From positions 1 to 50,600 of the forward strand of contig JAEORO010000008.1 in NCBI GenBank assembly GCA_016840855.1: DNA of 50,600 nucleotides. Direction: 5' to 3'. A program made the position numbers and the translations under genes. Origin of the DNA: Candidatus Thorarchaeota archaeon (GTDB taxonomy: Archaea; Asgardarchaeota; Thorarchaeia; Thorarchaeales; Thorarchaeaceae). Shown in pieces: positions 1 to 9,243 of the stretch. Numbering within the stretch: the stretch's first letter is position 1; every line of letters starts with the position of its first letter. The notes beneath the pieces were generated by a model. That model did not search any database. It had not been told where the DNA came from and was given only the letters and a program-made list of their open reading frames with translations.

Positions 1-758
1 GAGGGTAATTCTTGAGATGATCCATCCCCCTCAATCCATGGAATAAGTGTTGACTGCCCATATGATTTGACGGTTTCGAAATATCTTCTAATTCGAGTAG
101 GGTCTTCCTTGATGATATCTATACTGACGTTTCGACAAGTTTCAGAGTTTTTAGATGTCATATCGAGAGCTGCATTCTTAATCATCCCCGAGATGAGGCC
201 CGTGTGAGGTTCATCAATAAAACTCTCAGTGGAAAAAGATGACCAGTGATAGCGTCGTGCATCATTACTGTCATAGTCCATACCTTGCTGAACGACAGTC
301 CAGTTCTCTTGAGAATCAACAAAGATCACATGATGGTAAAGATTGTACCCATCTTGAATTCCTGCATTATCTACCTTGGCAACTGATCTGCTAATGTCAA
401 CCAGTCCTGCTCCATCTAGACCATAGTCCTCTAGAGCTCGTAGCTGGGTTGGGACTTTTCTTGAAGCCATCCCCTTCCCGCCAACTCCCATAATTCCATG
501 ACTCTCAAAATCTAATGCTGTTTTCAGTACACCACAAGTGACTGTAGTTGATCCTGAACTATCCCAATCATAGCCAAGAGCATTTGAGAGGGCTTGAAAC
601 CAAACCGGATCTGCAAGCCGCTGCAACAACTCAGGTGTACCAAACTCATCCACTATGAACTCACAGAGTGCACGAGCCATAGGAATCATCCGCTTCACTA
701 GCCAATGAGGTGCCTTCCCTGGATGTAGCTTTAATTCTGCAACACCGCCTCTCTTCAT
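1..758 (-). CDS. DUF763 family protein (3' end outside the window)
   Basis: Not in the ORF track; translated by hand from ATG at 758: MKRGGVAELKLHPGKAPHWLVKRM...WDSSGSTTV...GGKG...DGYNLYHH...VVQQGM...RRYHW...FIDEPH, all DUF763 hallmarks. Frame appears open to the window edge. Confidence 0.85.
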   Translation of the reverse strand, partial: MKRGGVAELKLHPGKAPHWLVKRMIPMARALCEFIVDEFGTPELLQRLADPVWFQALSNALGYDWDSSGSTTVTCGVLKTALDFESHGIMGVGGKGMASRKVPTQLRALEDYGLDGAGLVDISRSVAKVDNAGIQDGYNLYHHVIFVDSQENWTVVQQGMDYDSNDARRYHWSSFSTESFIDEPHTGLISGMIKNAALDMTSKNSETCRNVSIDIIKEDPTRIRRYFETVKSYGQSTLIPWIEGDGSSQELP

Positions 759-814
759 CGTAGCAGCTCCACCATGGAGTTCTGTACTGGTACAGATAAA
801 GACCACATAGTCTT

Positions 815-1162
815 CTATAGAGACGCTCGAATCTTCTCTAGTCTCTGTCTTGATGTATCTCCCATCTGTGCGAACCAAGCCTCCAGAGTGTCACATCCGT
901 AATCACTACAATGGGCACATGTTTCAACACCACGCTTGCTGGCACATGCTTTGACGCTACAAGCACCACAATACTTGAACTTCGGTTCATCATTAACTGT
1001 GCATCCAATGCAGTCGATGTCCTTTGTTGTCAACGGGTATTCTGGGCTTCCCCATTCAACCGCTTGTTTTTCTCGCAGATTGTTATCATTAGTTTTCCAT
1101 GCAAGATGCGCTGGACATGTGGTACAATCAAGCCCGCAATATGCAATCATGTTCTCGGTCAT
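815..1162 (-). CDS. DUF3795 family Cys-rich protein
   Basis: IAYCGLDCTTCPA...CIGC...CSVKACASKRGVETCAHCSDYGC pattern. Confidence 0.85.
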   Translation of the reverse strand: MTENMIAYCGLDCTTCPAHLAWKTNDNNLREKQAVEWGSPEYPLTTKDIDCIGCTVNDEPKFKYCGACSVKACASKRGVETCAHCSDYGCDTLEAWFAQMGDTSRQRLEKIRASL

Positions 1163-1327
1163 GATGAAAAAAGCTCCTAAGTATAATAAAAGTCCAACAG
1201 ATGACCGAAACTAAAATCAAAATTTACATTCGAAAGTGGTTTTTCCTCAATCTTTTTATCCATTGTACACTAATCGTATTTGTTGGTTTAGTCCAACGAA
1301 TTCTTTCGTATCTATGAGCTGGTACGT

Positions 1328-1867
1328 ATGACTGAGAATACAGAGTGGAACAACGCAATCGAGTACCCAAAATTCCTGAAGAACGCTCGTGAGAATGTTG
1401 AGCTAATGAAAGCAAGGTACAGTGATCTTCAGATAACTGAACAAGACTTAGATAATCTCCGCAGTCTTCAGAATGAGCTTCGAATACTTGTCATTGGTAA
1501 TGATAGATGTGACGATACTGCAGGTAATCTCCCAATTCTGGCTAAGATGACTGATATCTCATCCAAATTGAAGCTCCGTTTTCTCGATAGTGATGCCTAT
1601 ACAAAATATCATCAACTATTCAAGGTCAACGGAAAAAGAAAGACTCCAGTTGTTCTCATTCTCAGCTCCGATGACAAGGAGTTGTGTCGATGGGTAGAAC
1701 GGCCAAATGCTGCGTATAGACTCATTAATGAAGCGACAACCCCCTCTCTAGAAAGTCGAAAGCAAGAGCTGAAGAAGCTCTACAGCGACACAGAGATTCA
1801 GCGGCAGAGTGTAAAGGAATTCATGAATCTGATTCTTCGAGCTGACTATATTTTAGGACGACATTAA
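1328..1867 (+). CDS. Thioredoxin-fold protein (Thioredoxin_9-like) with atypical CxxT site
   Basis: ILVIGNDRCDDT...PIL...NGKRKTPVVLIL...WVERP follows the Thioredoxin_9 layout (canonical WCGDC). Confidence 0.75.
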   Translation: MTENTEWNNAIEYPKFLKNARENVELMKARYSDLQITEQDLDNLRSLQNELRILVIGNDRCDDTAGNLPILAKMTDISSKLKLRFLDSDAYTKYHQLFKVNGKRKTPVVLILSSDDKELCRWVERPNAAYRLINEATTPSLESRKQELKKLYSDTEIQRQSVKEFMNLILRADYILGRH

Positions 1868-1869
1868 AC

Positions 1870-2526
1870 ATGGCACACCACCATGGGAAATCTGATTGGG
1901 CTGATCCTGAGCATGTCCAGCGAATGGCGAAATCCTACCAAACTAGATATGATGATAAATTCTGGAACGCATTCACTTCTGTTTCAAATAGTGAAACTAA
2001 ACTTGTTATTGCAGATTTTGGATGTGGCCCTGGGCTCCTCCTAACTGATTTGGCTAACAAATTCAATGCTCGTACTGCAATAGCTCTTGATGAGAGCGGT
2101 CCAATGCTTGCACTAGCTGAGAAGAATCTCCGAAACAAAACAAAGATTGAATCCATTCAGATTCAACAGGTGAATTTCGATACCGATGAGATAAGAGTCG
2201 CAGCTGATAGCATTGATCTTGCCTTTTCTGGATTCATGCTACACGAGGTTGCAAGTCCTCATGATTTTGTTACTAGTGTCTACAAACTAGTGAAATCAAA
2301 TGGAGTCTATGTAGTCTATGACTTTGTATCAGGGAATGAGGAACAGTTTGTAAAGGCAATGGTTGATTTTGATATGAGTGAGGACGAAGCGAGAAAACGA
2401 TATCCACATATGTGTAAGCATTCAGCTGAAAATATCGTAGAGATATTAGAAGCCTCTGGGTTCTCAAACTGCCGTGTATTGAGAGTTGACGATATCCGTG
2501 CAGTTGCAGTAGGACTAAAGAGGTAA
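1870..2526 (+). CDS. Class I SAM-dependent methyltransferase
   Basis: IADFGCGPG motif I, ALDES..ML, IDLAFSGFMLHEV. Confidence 0.9.
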   Translation: MAHHHGKSDWADPEHVQRMAKSYQTRYDDKFWNAFTSVSNSETKLVIADFGCGPGLLLTDLANKFNARTAIALDESGPMLALAEKNLRNKTKIESIQIQQVNFDTDEIRVAADSIDLAFSGFMLHEVASPHDFVTSVYKLVKSNGVYVVYDFVSGNEEQFVKAMVDFDMSEDEARKRYPHMCKHSAENIVEILEASGFSNCRVLRVDDIRAVAVGLKR

Positions 2527-2565
2527 ACGGATATACAATCGTCTGAACTTTGAGAGTCGAATAAA

Positions 2566-2769
2566 ATGGCATCTCCTCATCGAAAGTCATCTCCATGGGC
2601 GTACACTAGCTCGGACCTATCATGTCCGAAATGCGGGAGCAATCGCATCGTACGAATACTTGACTCCTGGATACGGTCCAGAGGTGTTGAGATGTTCAAA
2701 TGTACCTCTTGTGGAACCAAATTCTACGAGCGGGGATATGATGACTATGGGCCAACTTTCATCAGATAG
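2566..2769 (+). CDS. Small zinc-ribbon protein
   Basis: CPKC-x21-CTSC; fills the gap in a co-directional run just before priL. Confidence 0.65.
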   Translation: MASPHRKSSPWAYTSSDLSCPKCGSNRIVRILDSWIRSRGVEMFKCTSCGTKFYERGYDDYGPTFIR

Positions 2770-2789
2770 CAAGTGACGGAGAGAAGAAC

Positions 2790-3926
2790 ATGTCTGGACG
2801 AACTCTGCAATTGAAATACCCCTTCTCAGCTCACGCCAGACAAGCTTCTCAAAAGTTAGCTCGTGACCTTGGTGTCTTGGTTGACCTTCTTGAGAGACCT
2901 GAAAACCACTACATAGTTGAAGAAGCCGAGAAACGAGTCTATGCAGCACTCACGCAAAATCCAATAAGATATCCAACCATGGAAAACGAAAAGGATGTTT
3001 TAATCTATCCGACATCTCGACTCATTGTTGAAGAGCTTGGATTTCCTCAACTTCGTGCATTACAAGCTGAAGCTGAGTCAAAGGAGGCAAATAGACAGCT
3101 TGGCAATGAAAAAAATGATTTTGTCGTTGAATTATGCGAGTCTTCATTCAATTGGAAAATAGATTCGATGGGCAAGATAAGCGAGCGGTCTGAACTTCCT
3201 CTCCTTCTGCGTACATTCGAGCTTAAGATGCGCTTTGAGAACTATCTTGAAGTCGCTCCATCTTTTCACAGTGATGAGTGGAACCTCATCAACCGCTACT
3301 TGGATAAAGGCTGGGTATATATCAGACGATCCGAACTGGACAGGCTCATATCCGGTAAATTCAGACAGCTAATCATGGAAGGTCGGTTTGATATTCCAAA
3401 AATGTCTCAAAGGTTGATTGAGGCGGTTCAGCGTATTGAGGATAAGACCAAAGGGCGAATTCGGAAGGCTGAGCCGATGAAGATGACAGAAACCCTTGCA
3501 TCAGCATTTCCACCCTGTATACAGAAGTTGCATGATGATTCCGTCAGAGGTGATGTCAACCTATCACACGATGCACGATTTGCTCTAGCTGCATTTCTTC
3601 TAAAGATTGGGATGGACGAAAATGAGGTGCAAAAAATATTCAGCGGCTCACCTGACAGGAATATTAGTCTCATCGAATATCAGGTTCGGCACATCGCATC
3701 AAAGAGGTCTATGGGCGTAGATGATGAGGGATATACTCCCCCTGGCTGCAGGAAGCTTCAGGTGAATAACCTCTGCCCAGTCTATCTCGGGTCGGTATTC
3801 GATCCACTATGTGAATACGTTTTGAACCCTCTTGCGTTCTACCAGACTCGTGCTTGGGAGATCTCAAAGGGTATCCAGGACCACTCTTGGTATTCACGAA
3901 AACGTGACAAGAAGCAGAACTTTTAG
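2790..3926 (+). CDS. priL: DNA primase large subunit
   Basis: LKYPF N-terminus; W.LINR.LDKGWVYI; FPPCI, LSHDARFAL, YQVRHI, YTPPGC..L...LCP...C..NPLAFY Fe-S domain. Confidence 0.92.
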   Translation: MSGRTLQLKYPFSAHARQASQKLARDLGVLVDLLERPENHYIVEEAEKRVYAALTQNPIRYPTMENEKDVLIYPTSRLIVEELGFPQLRALQAEAESKEANRQLGNEKNDFVVELCESSFNWKIDSMGKISERSELPLLLRTFELKMRFENYLEVAPSFHSDEWNLINRYLDKGWVYIRRSELDRLISGKFRQLIMEGRFDIPKMSQRLIEAVQRIEDKTKGRIRKAEPMKMTETLASAFPPCIQKLHDDSVRGDVNLSHDARFALAAFLLKIGMDENEVQKIFSGSPDRNISLIEYQVRHIASKRSMGVDDEGYTPPGCRKLQVNNLCPVYLGSVFDPLCEYVLNPLAFYQTRAWEISKGIQDHSWYSRKRDKKQNF

Positions 3927-4756
3927 ACAGCGCATCTCGTATAGTGGTAGAGGTATTGCTGCGCATAACCTGCATATCTACCAAAATATCTTCTAGCAGC
4001 TTCAGACTTCTTCGAATAAGAATTACCAGAGTCTGTAAACACTCCATAGTGTTCCTGAATCACACGCTCAATCCACACATCAATTGGGAATGCTTCTAGG
4101 AATCCAAGCGAGAACAGACTGACACAGTCTGCGACCTTGTCACCCACACCATACAATCTCTTCAGAATCTTGCGAGCTTCGGGAAATTCCTTTTTTTGGA
4201 GTTCTTCAGGTATCACTTCGCCAGCCAAAATAGCTTTTGTTGATTTAGCGATGAACTCCGCCCTCCATGCAAGCCCTAATGACCTCAATTCACTCACTGT
4301 CGCTTTTGACAATTGCTCGGGGGATGGCATTCCATGGTAGACCTTCTCTCTAAACTTGTATTTCGGACCCCATCTAATCCTGATAGCATTCGTCATACTC
4401 CTAATAGCGGGTACATTTTTCCACACAGAGCAAAGAAATGAAACAAGACAAGGAAAGAATGGATCATTGATTACTCGTAAGTTTGGTGCAAAATCAATGC
4501 TCTTTCTCATGATTCCATCTCGAGTTATCTCCTGTTGGATCTGATTTAGGGGGTCATTTAACCTGAACAACTTTGAGAGATCTACGTTGCTGTCTGATGT
4601 CTCATAACGAAGTAAATCCCCTCTCTGTTCCACATAGACAACTTGGTCAATATCTGCATTGATGTATCCTTGCCCATCTTTTACCCAGCAGAATGTCTGT
4701 CCGCACTCGAGCGTGTCGATAAGACTGAAGTTCTTGACTTGTTTGCTTCTCATCAT
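3923..4756 (-). CDS. ogg: 8-oxoguanine DNA glycosylase (OGG1-like, HhH-GPD)
   Basis: TLECGQTFCW N-terminal domain; LYGVGDKVADCVSLF HhH with catalytic Lys; AFPIDVW; FGRYAGYAQQYLY. Confidence 0.88.
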   Translation of the reverse strand: MMRSKQVKNFSLIDTLECGQTFCWVKDGQGYINADIDQVVYVEQRGDLLRYETSDSNVDLSKLFRLNDPLNQIQQEITRDGIMRKSIDFAPNLRVINDPFFPCLVSFLCSVWKNVPAIRSMTNAIRIRWGPKYKFREKVYHGMPSPEQLSKATVSELRSLGLAWRAEFIAKSTKAILAGEVIPEELQKKEFPEARKILKRLYGVGDKVADCVSLFSLGFLEAFPIDVWIERVIQEHYGVFTDSGNSYSKKSEAARRYFGRYAGYAQQYLYHYTRCAV

Positions 4757-4849
4757 ATCAAGGCGTGTGATATCAGAAATGAGTATTGTGATTTGACGGT
4801 TTGTACCTAATGGGTAATGCTAAAATGAAAAATCTTGGATGTGTTTCTA

Positions 4850-4916
4850 GCGGCAGTGATGAACCTCCAATGTGAGATTGTGAACAAATGATCGACCTAA
4901 GGGGTATCTGAGCCGC
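4850..4916 (+). ncRNA. Box C/D guide sRNA
   Basis: Terminal stem GCGGC (4850-54)/GCCGC (4912-16), box C GTGATGA (4856-62), D' GTGA (4880-83), C'-like ATGATCG (4888-94), box D CTGA (4908-11); intergenic. Confidence 0.8.
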
Positions 4917-4921
4917 ACCTT

Positions 4922-5416
4922 CTACTCTATATCGCTAAAATTCAAAGCGCTTGTTTTAACGATATCAACCAATTCATCAATACAATCGATACTGATAATT
5001 TGAACACCATCAACGGCATCAAATTCTCTCTTCGTCCAACTCACAATGGCTCTAGTATTCATAGGGATATCATCCCGTACTATATCACGGTCTCCAATGC
5101 ACCAAAACCTTGGGACGTTGATAGATTTCATCCCTTCTATAATGAGAAAGTCATGTATGGATAACTTCTCTAACTCTTCTGGACCAATCCAGTCCTTCAA
5201 ATTTGAATCTCTCGCATCAAGTCCAAGAAATATTGTCACTGAGGCTCCTGCTTTCCTATGTTTCCATGTGTCTGTTCCTTTGTCTGGACGAGCTGTATGT
5301 ATAGAACTCTTTAGAGTAGCAACTGAATAGCCACTCTTCACGAGTGATTTGATGATCGCTTCAATCAGAGTAGTTTTGCCTGTGCCTGAATATCCCGAAA
5401 CAGCAAATACTAGCAT
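4922..5416 (-). CDS. mobB: Molybdopterin-guanine dinucleotide biosynthesis protein B
   Basis: VSGYSGTGKTTLIE P-loop, DKGTDTWKHRKAGA, IIEGMK. Confidence 0.85.
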   Translation of the reverse strand: MLVFAVSGYSGTGKTTLIEAIIKSLVKSGYSVATLKSSIHTARPDKGTDTWKHRKAGASVTIFLGLDARDSNLKDWIGPEELEKLSIHDFLIIEGMKSINVPRFWCIGDRDIVRDDIPMNTRAIVSWTKREFDAVDGVQIISIDCIDELVDIVKTSALNFSDIE

Positions 5417-5536
5417 CTCTTCTCTCTCAAACTATTTCACATAAGGTAGTTTCGCTTTGTTTCTTATATTCTGGAGCAGGTTCTAAGAAGCTGCTCGAAG
5501 GATGAGCCTTAAAACGGGGTCGTACTTCGTTCGAAC

Positions 5537-6325
5537 TTGGTGAAATCATTCTTGGCTGGCGAGAAGCATGTGGCAGTTGAATGCATCGATGTCCGGCGCG
5601 AATTCCAAGATGGCTCACGAGTTATCAAAGTACTTCAAGGGACCAATCTGAAGGTCGATAGAGGTGAATTCGTAGCTATTGTTGGTGCGTCAGGATCTGG
5701 GAAGACTACCCTTCTCAATCTCATAGGTGGTCTAGATCAACCAACATCAGGCAAAATTCTTGTTGATGGGTCTGACATTACCAATCTCAACGACGAGCGA
5801 ATGTCTGAAGTGCGGCGTCACAAGATTGGTGTTCTGTTCCAAGACCAACACCTTCTCCCCATCTTCACAGCTCTTGAGAATGTGGAGGTACCAATGCTTC
5901 TCGATGAAATTCCCCAAGAAGAGCGGATAAAACGAGCCATAAACCTTCTAGAGATGGTTTCAGTCGATCACAGGTCACAACACATGCCTCATGAGCTCTC
6001 TGGTGGAATGCGATCTCGCGTTGCTTTAGCAAGAGCTCTCGCGAATGATCCTGCAATCCTCCTATGCGATGAGCCCACTGGAGATTTAGACCATAAAACG
6101 GGTGGTGAGGTCATCCAGCTGATGAGGGACCTTGCTAAGAAAAAGAACCTCGCAGTTATTGCAGCTACTCATGACCCAGAAACTGCTCGGATGGCTGACA
6201 GAATTCTCCTCCTTAGAGATGGTGTCCTAGTAGACGAATTAGTGAGTGACTTCTTCAAACATAGTAAAGTCGATGTGATGACAAGAAAGTCCAGAGAGCA
6301 GACTGATGACAAGACAGCTAGCTAG
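5537..6325 (+). CDS. ABC transporter ATP-binding protein (LolD/MacB family)
   Basis: GASGSGKTT, LFQ, LSGGM, LLCDEPTGDLD, ATHD. Confidence 0.92.
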   Translation: MVKSFLAGEKHVAVECIDVRREFQDGSRVIKVLQGTNLKVDRGEFVAIVGASGSGKTTLLNLIGGLDQPTSGKILVDGSDITNLNDERMSEVRRHKIGVLFQDQHLLPIFTALENVEVPMLLDEIPQEERIKRAINLLEMVSVDHRSQHMPHELSGGMRSRVALARALANDPAILLCDEPTGDLDHKTGGEVIQLMRDLAKKKNLAVIAATHDPETARMADRILLLRDGVLVDELVSDFFKHSKVDVMTRKSREQTDDKTAS

Positions 6326-6336
6326 GAGAGATTTGC

Positions 6337-9237
6337 GTGGGTACACCAAAGAACTCGAAGAACCTCATGACTAAAGGCAATAGGGGTTATGGTATCTCAT
6401 ATGCCCTTAGCGCGCTTAGGGCTCATCCGTTTAGAGCCATAAGTCTGGCTCTTACCCTTAGCCTAGGCATTAGTCTTTTTGCATCCACCATGGTCTGGGG
6501 TGATACTGGCATCTATGTGAGCATCTACGAGTATCTTGATGAGAATGTATACCAAATTAATGTCAACTATGAACCAGGTTTTCAACAAGCCCTTAAAATG
6601 GCTGAGAGTTATATGGGACAAAGCCAATTCGTAGAACAAACACTTCGCGTCAACTCCACCGTAGGTCTGGTCTGGGGCGGGAATCTCTCCGATAGCATAT
6701 TATATGACATAGACGATACAGTCTATAGCCAAGGAATAAAAGACTGTAGAGTAGTGTTCGTAGATAACGAGTTTTTAAACAGGACTGCAGCCGAATTTGT
6801 GGTTGAGGGGTCATTCCAGCTCAATGAAGGTGAGATTCTTGTATCTCTGATGTTTATTGAATACATACGACAAGTCTTTGACATAGTTCTTCAGCTCAAT
6901 GACACTGTAGATATTGACCTACTAACCGCAGCTATACCAAGTGATGGACCATTACCTTTGAGTGCACTAGGTCGATTGAGTATGACTGACCTCAAGATTG
7001 TTGGCATCTATAACCTACGGACTTATGGCTCGATTCTTGAGCGTGCTCTCCCCTCATATGAAAATGGCCGAGCAAATTGGAACAACACAAACATGCGATA
7101 TGATGTCATGGGGCTTCGAGATAGCTGTTTTATACGCATCGACTCGATACCTGCAGGATCACTTTCTGAGAATGGATTTTTCAGCGAAACTTTGTTAGTT
7201 CGCGCCTCAGCTGATGCATTGGCAGCTAGCGGTCCACAGAGTGTTTCGACTAATCTCTTCGAGCTAGTTTATAGGACCGAAGAGTTGTATCCCATAACTT
7301 GGGAAGGATATGACAAGATTGTAGGTCTTCAGAATGTTGTCAATACTTATGTTGCTACTCTAGACCTCTCTATGCTAGCTCTTCCAGTCATTCTGTTGGC
7401 TTTGTTCTTCTCAGTATTTGCTGCTGATACCTTCATGGCGCCTCGTAATGTTGAAGTCGGTATCATCCGCTCCAAAGGTGCAAGTTACTCTCAGGTATCC
7501 AGCGTGTTTCTCTGGGAATCGGCCGTGATTGCTATTCTGTCAGTTGCACTGGGAATTCTATTCAGTGTGCTTTTCGCACCATTGATTCCTTCAACAATCG
7601 GTTTCATGACCTTCGATTGGGATATTTATCTGTTCTATCTGTCCAACACTGTCATAAGTCTAAACACAGTGCTTCGCGCGATTGGCCTCACAGTCCTGCC
7701 AAGTATATTATTCATCCTATATCTAGCTAGAAAATCTGCTTCAGCTGAAATCAGCCTTACTCTGGCTGAAGCAACAGAAGAATCAACCGAACAGTCAGAA
7801 GCGCATGGATTCACAATTGGAGCTTCCATATTTCTTCTATTACTGGTTGTTGTTATGACACTTATTATCCCACGCCATCCTGTGGTATTCCTACTAGAGC
7901 TTATGTTGGGCACAGCTGCCTGGTTCTTCATAGCATTCAACGGTTCTCGAATCTCTCGAGTTGGACTAGCAAAGATATCGAAGCGGCTGTCATTCATACT
8001 TGGTCAGAAGAATCTGATATCTGCTGGATATTTGAAGAAGCGAAAAGGTCGAATCATTCCTCTAATGGTTGTGCTCGTGCTAACGATGTCCTCAACCATC
8101 ACATTTGCTGTTCAATCAGAAAGTCTCAGAGTCGATTTAAATCGTGAAGTTAGCTATGCCTTGGGTTCTGATCTTCGCATCGATTGCACAATTCGTGAAT
8201 TGAATTTCAGCAATACCCTCGAGGGTTTAGATGGTGTAAATAATGCAATGCCTGTTCTAAGAACATGGGCTCAACTAGGGCCTGATGTGCTTAGTATCGA
8301 AGCTCTAAATCCAAATGAATACCTGACGATTGGGAAATTCGATCAGTCAAGTTTCTTTGGTGAATCACCTGAGAATATTCTTTCTGCTTTAGCAGCTGTA
8401 CCGAACGGGATAGTCTTGAGTGCAGCTCAAGCTTCAAGATGGAACAAAACTATTGGTTCCACTCTTAATCTTGAGATGAGTGGTGCAGGGACAATCCAGA
8501 TTGTACAATTTAATGTCACAGGATTTGTCTTTAGTGCACCTGGGTTTGGTTATGCCTCAGGCGAATATGTCCCAGCTTCTCCTCTTGGGGCTGGTTTTGG
8601 ATTCAGTTCTGAGTATGATGGATTTGCATTGACAAACCTTGAGTTCATTGAAGATGCGATTGACAGACACGAAGCTACGCTCTTCATGGCCGACCTTAAC
8701 AACAATGCTAATCGCACATACCTCCTCAACGAACTCCGAGCGCTATCAGGAGTCACTCCAAACACTCCCGAGGAATTTGATTTGAAAGCGCATTCCCTTC
8801 AGACTGCTCTGTTTCTGAACACCATTGAAGGTCTATTCTCTATTGGTTTTGTAATGTCGTTGACTCTCAGCCTATTTGCTCTGTCAATCTCTTTAGGGTC
8901 TGTTGTGAGAGAACGTCGTAAGGAATATGCCATTATGCGTGCCATTGGTGGATCCCAGAGGCAAATTGTAGGTATGGTTTTTTCAGAATTCGCTGGTGTT
9001 GTGATTGCATCCTTAGCACTGAGTCTCATCCTTGGTGCTGTGTTCGCTTATGTCATGGGATTATTGCTGAATGCTATGAGTCCCTTCTCCAGAACATTAG
9101 CTGCTACAATTGCATTTCCATACAATTTCATTGCTTTTGTTCTATTTATTGAAATCTTGGCTATGATTATAGGGGCTTATCTGCCTGCAAGAGAAGCATC
9201 CAGAACCAACCCCGCGGTTGTGCTTAGGAATATGTGA
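6337..9237 (+). CDS. ABC transporter permease with two FtsX-like domains
   Basis: Multiple TM segments, EVGIIRSKGAS and ERRKEYAIMRAIGG FtsX motifs, C-terminal PAREASRTNPAVVLR. Start may be ATG 6367. Confidence 0.88.
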   Translation: MGTPKNSKNLMTKGNRGYGISYALSALRAHPFRAISLALTLSLGISLFASTMVWGDTGIYVSIYEYLDENVYQINVNYEPGFQQALKMAESYMGQSQFVEQTLRVNSTVGLVWGGNLSDSILYDIDDTVYSQGIKDCRVVFVDNEFLNRTAAEFVVEGSFQLNEGEILVSLMFIEYIRQVFDIVLQLNDTVDIDLLTAAIPSDGPLPLSALGRLSMTDLKIVGIYNLRTYGSILERALPSYENGRANWNNTNMRYDVMGLRDSCFIRIDSIPAGSLSENGFFSETLLVRASADALAASGPQSVSTNLFELVYRTEELYPITWEGYDKIVGLQNVVNTYVATLDLSMLALPVILLALFFSVFAADTFMAPRNVEVGIIRSKGASYSQVSSVFLWESAVIAILSVALGILFSVLFAPLIPSTIGFMTFDWDIYLFYLSNTVISLNTVLRAIGLTVLPSILFILYLARKSASAEISLTLAEATEESTEQSEAHGFTIGASIFLLLLVVVMTLIIPRHPVVFLLELMLGTAAWFFIAFNGSRISRVGLAKISKRLSFILGQKNLISAGYLKKRKGRIIPLMVVLVLTMSSTITFAVQSESLRVDLNREVSYALGSDLRIDCTIRELNFSNTLEGLDGVNNAMPVLRTWAQLGPDVLSIEALNPNEYLTIGKFDQSSFFGESPENILSALAAVPNGIVLSAAQASRWNKTIGSTLNLEMSGAGTIQIVQFNVTGFVFSAPGFGYASGEYVPASPLGAGFGFSSEYDGFALTNLEFIEDAIDRHEATLFMADLNNNANRTYLLNELRALSGVTPNTPEEFDLKAHSLQTALFLNTIEGLFSIGFVMSLTLSLFALSISLGSVVRERRKEYAIMRAIGGSQRQIVGMVFSEFAGVVIASLALSLILGAVFAYVMGLLLNAMSPFSRTLAATIAFPYNFIAFVLFIEILAMIIGAYLPAREASRTNPAVVLRNM

Positions 9238-9243
9238 GGTGAT

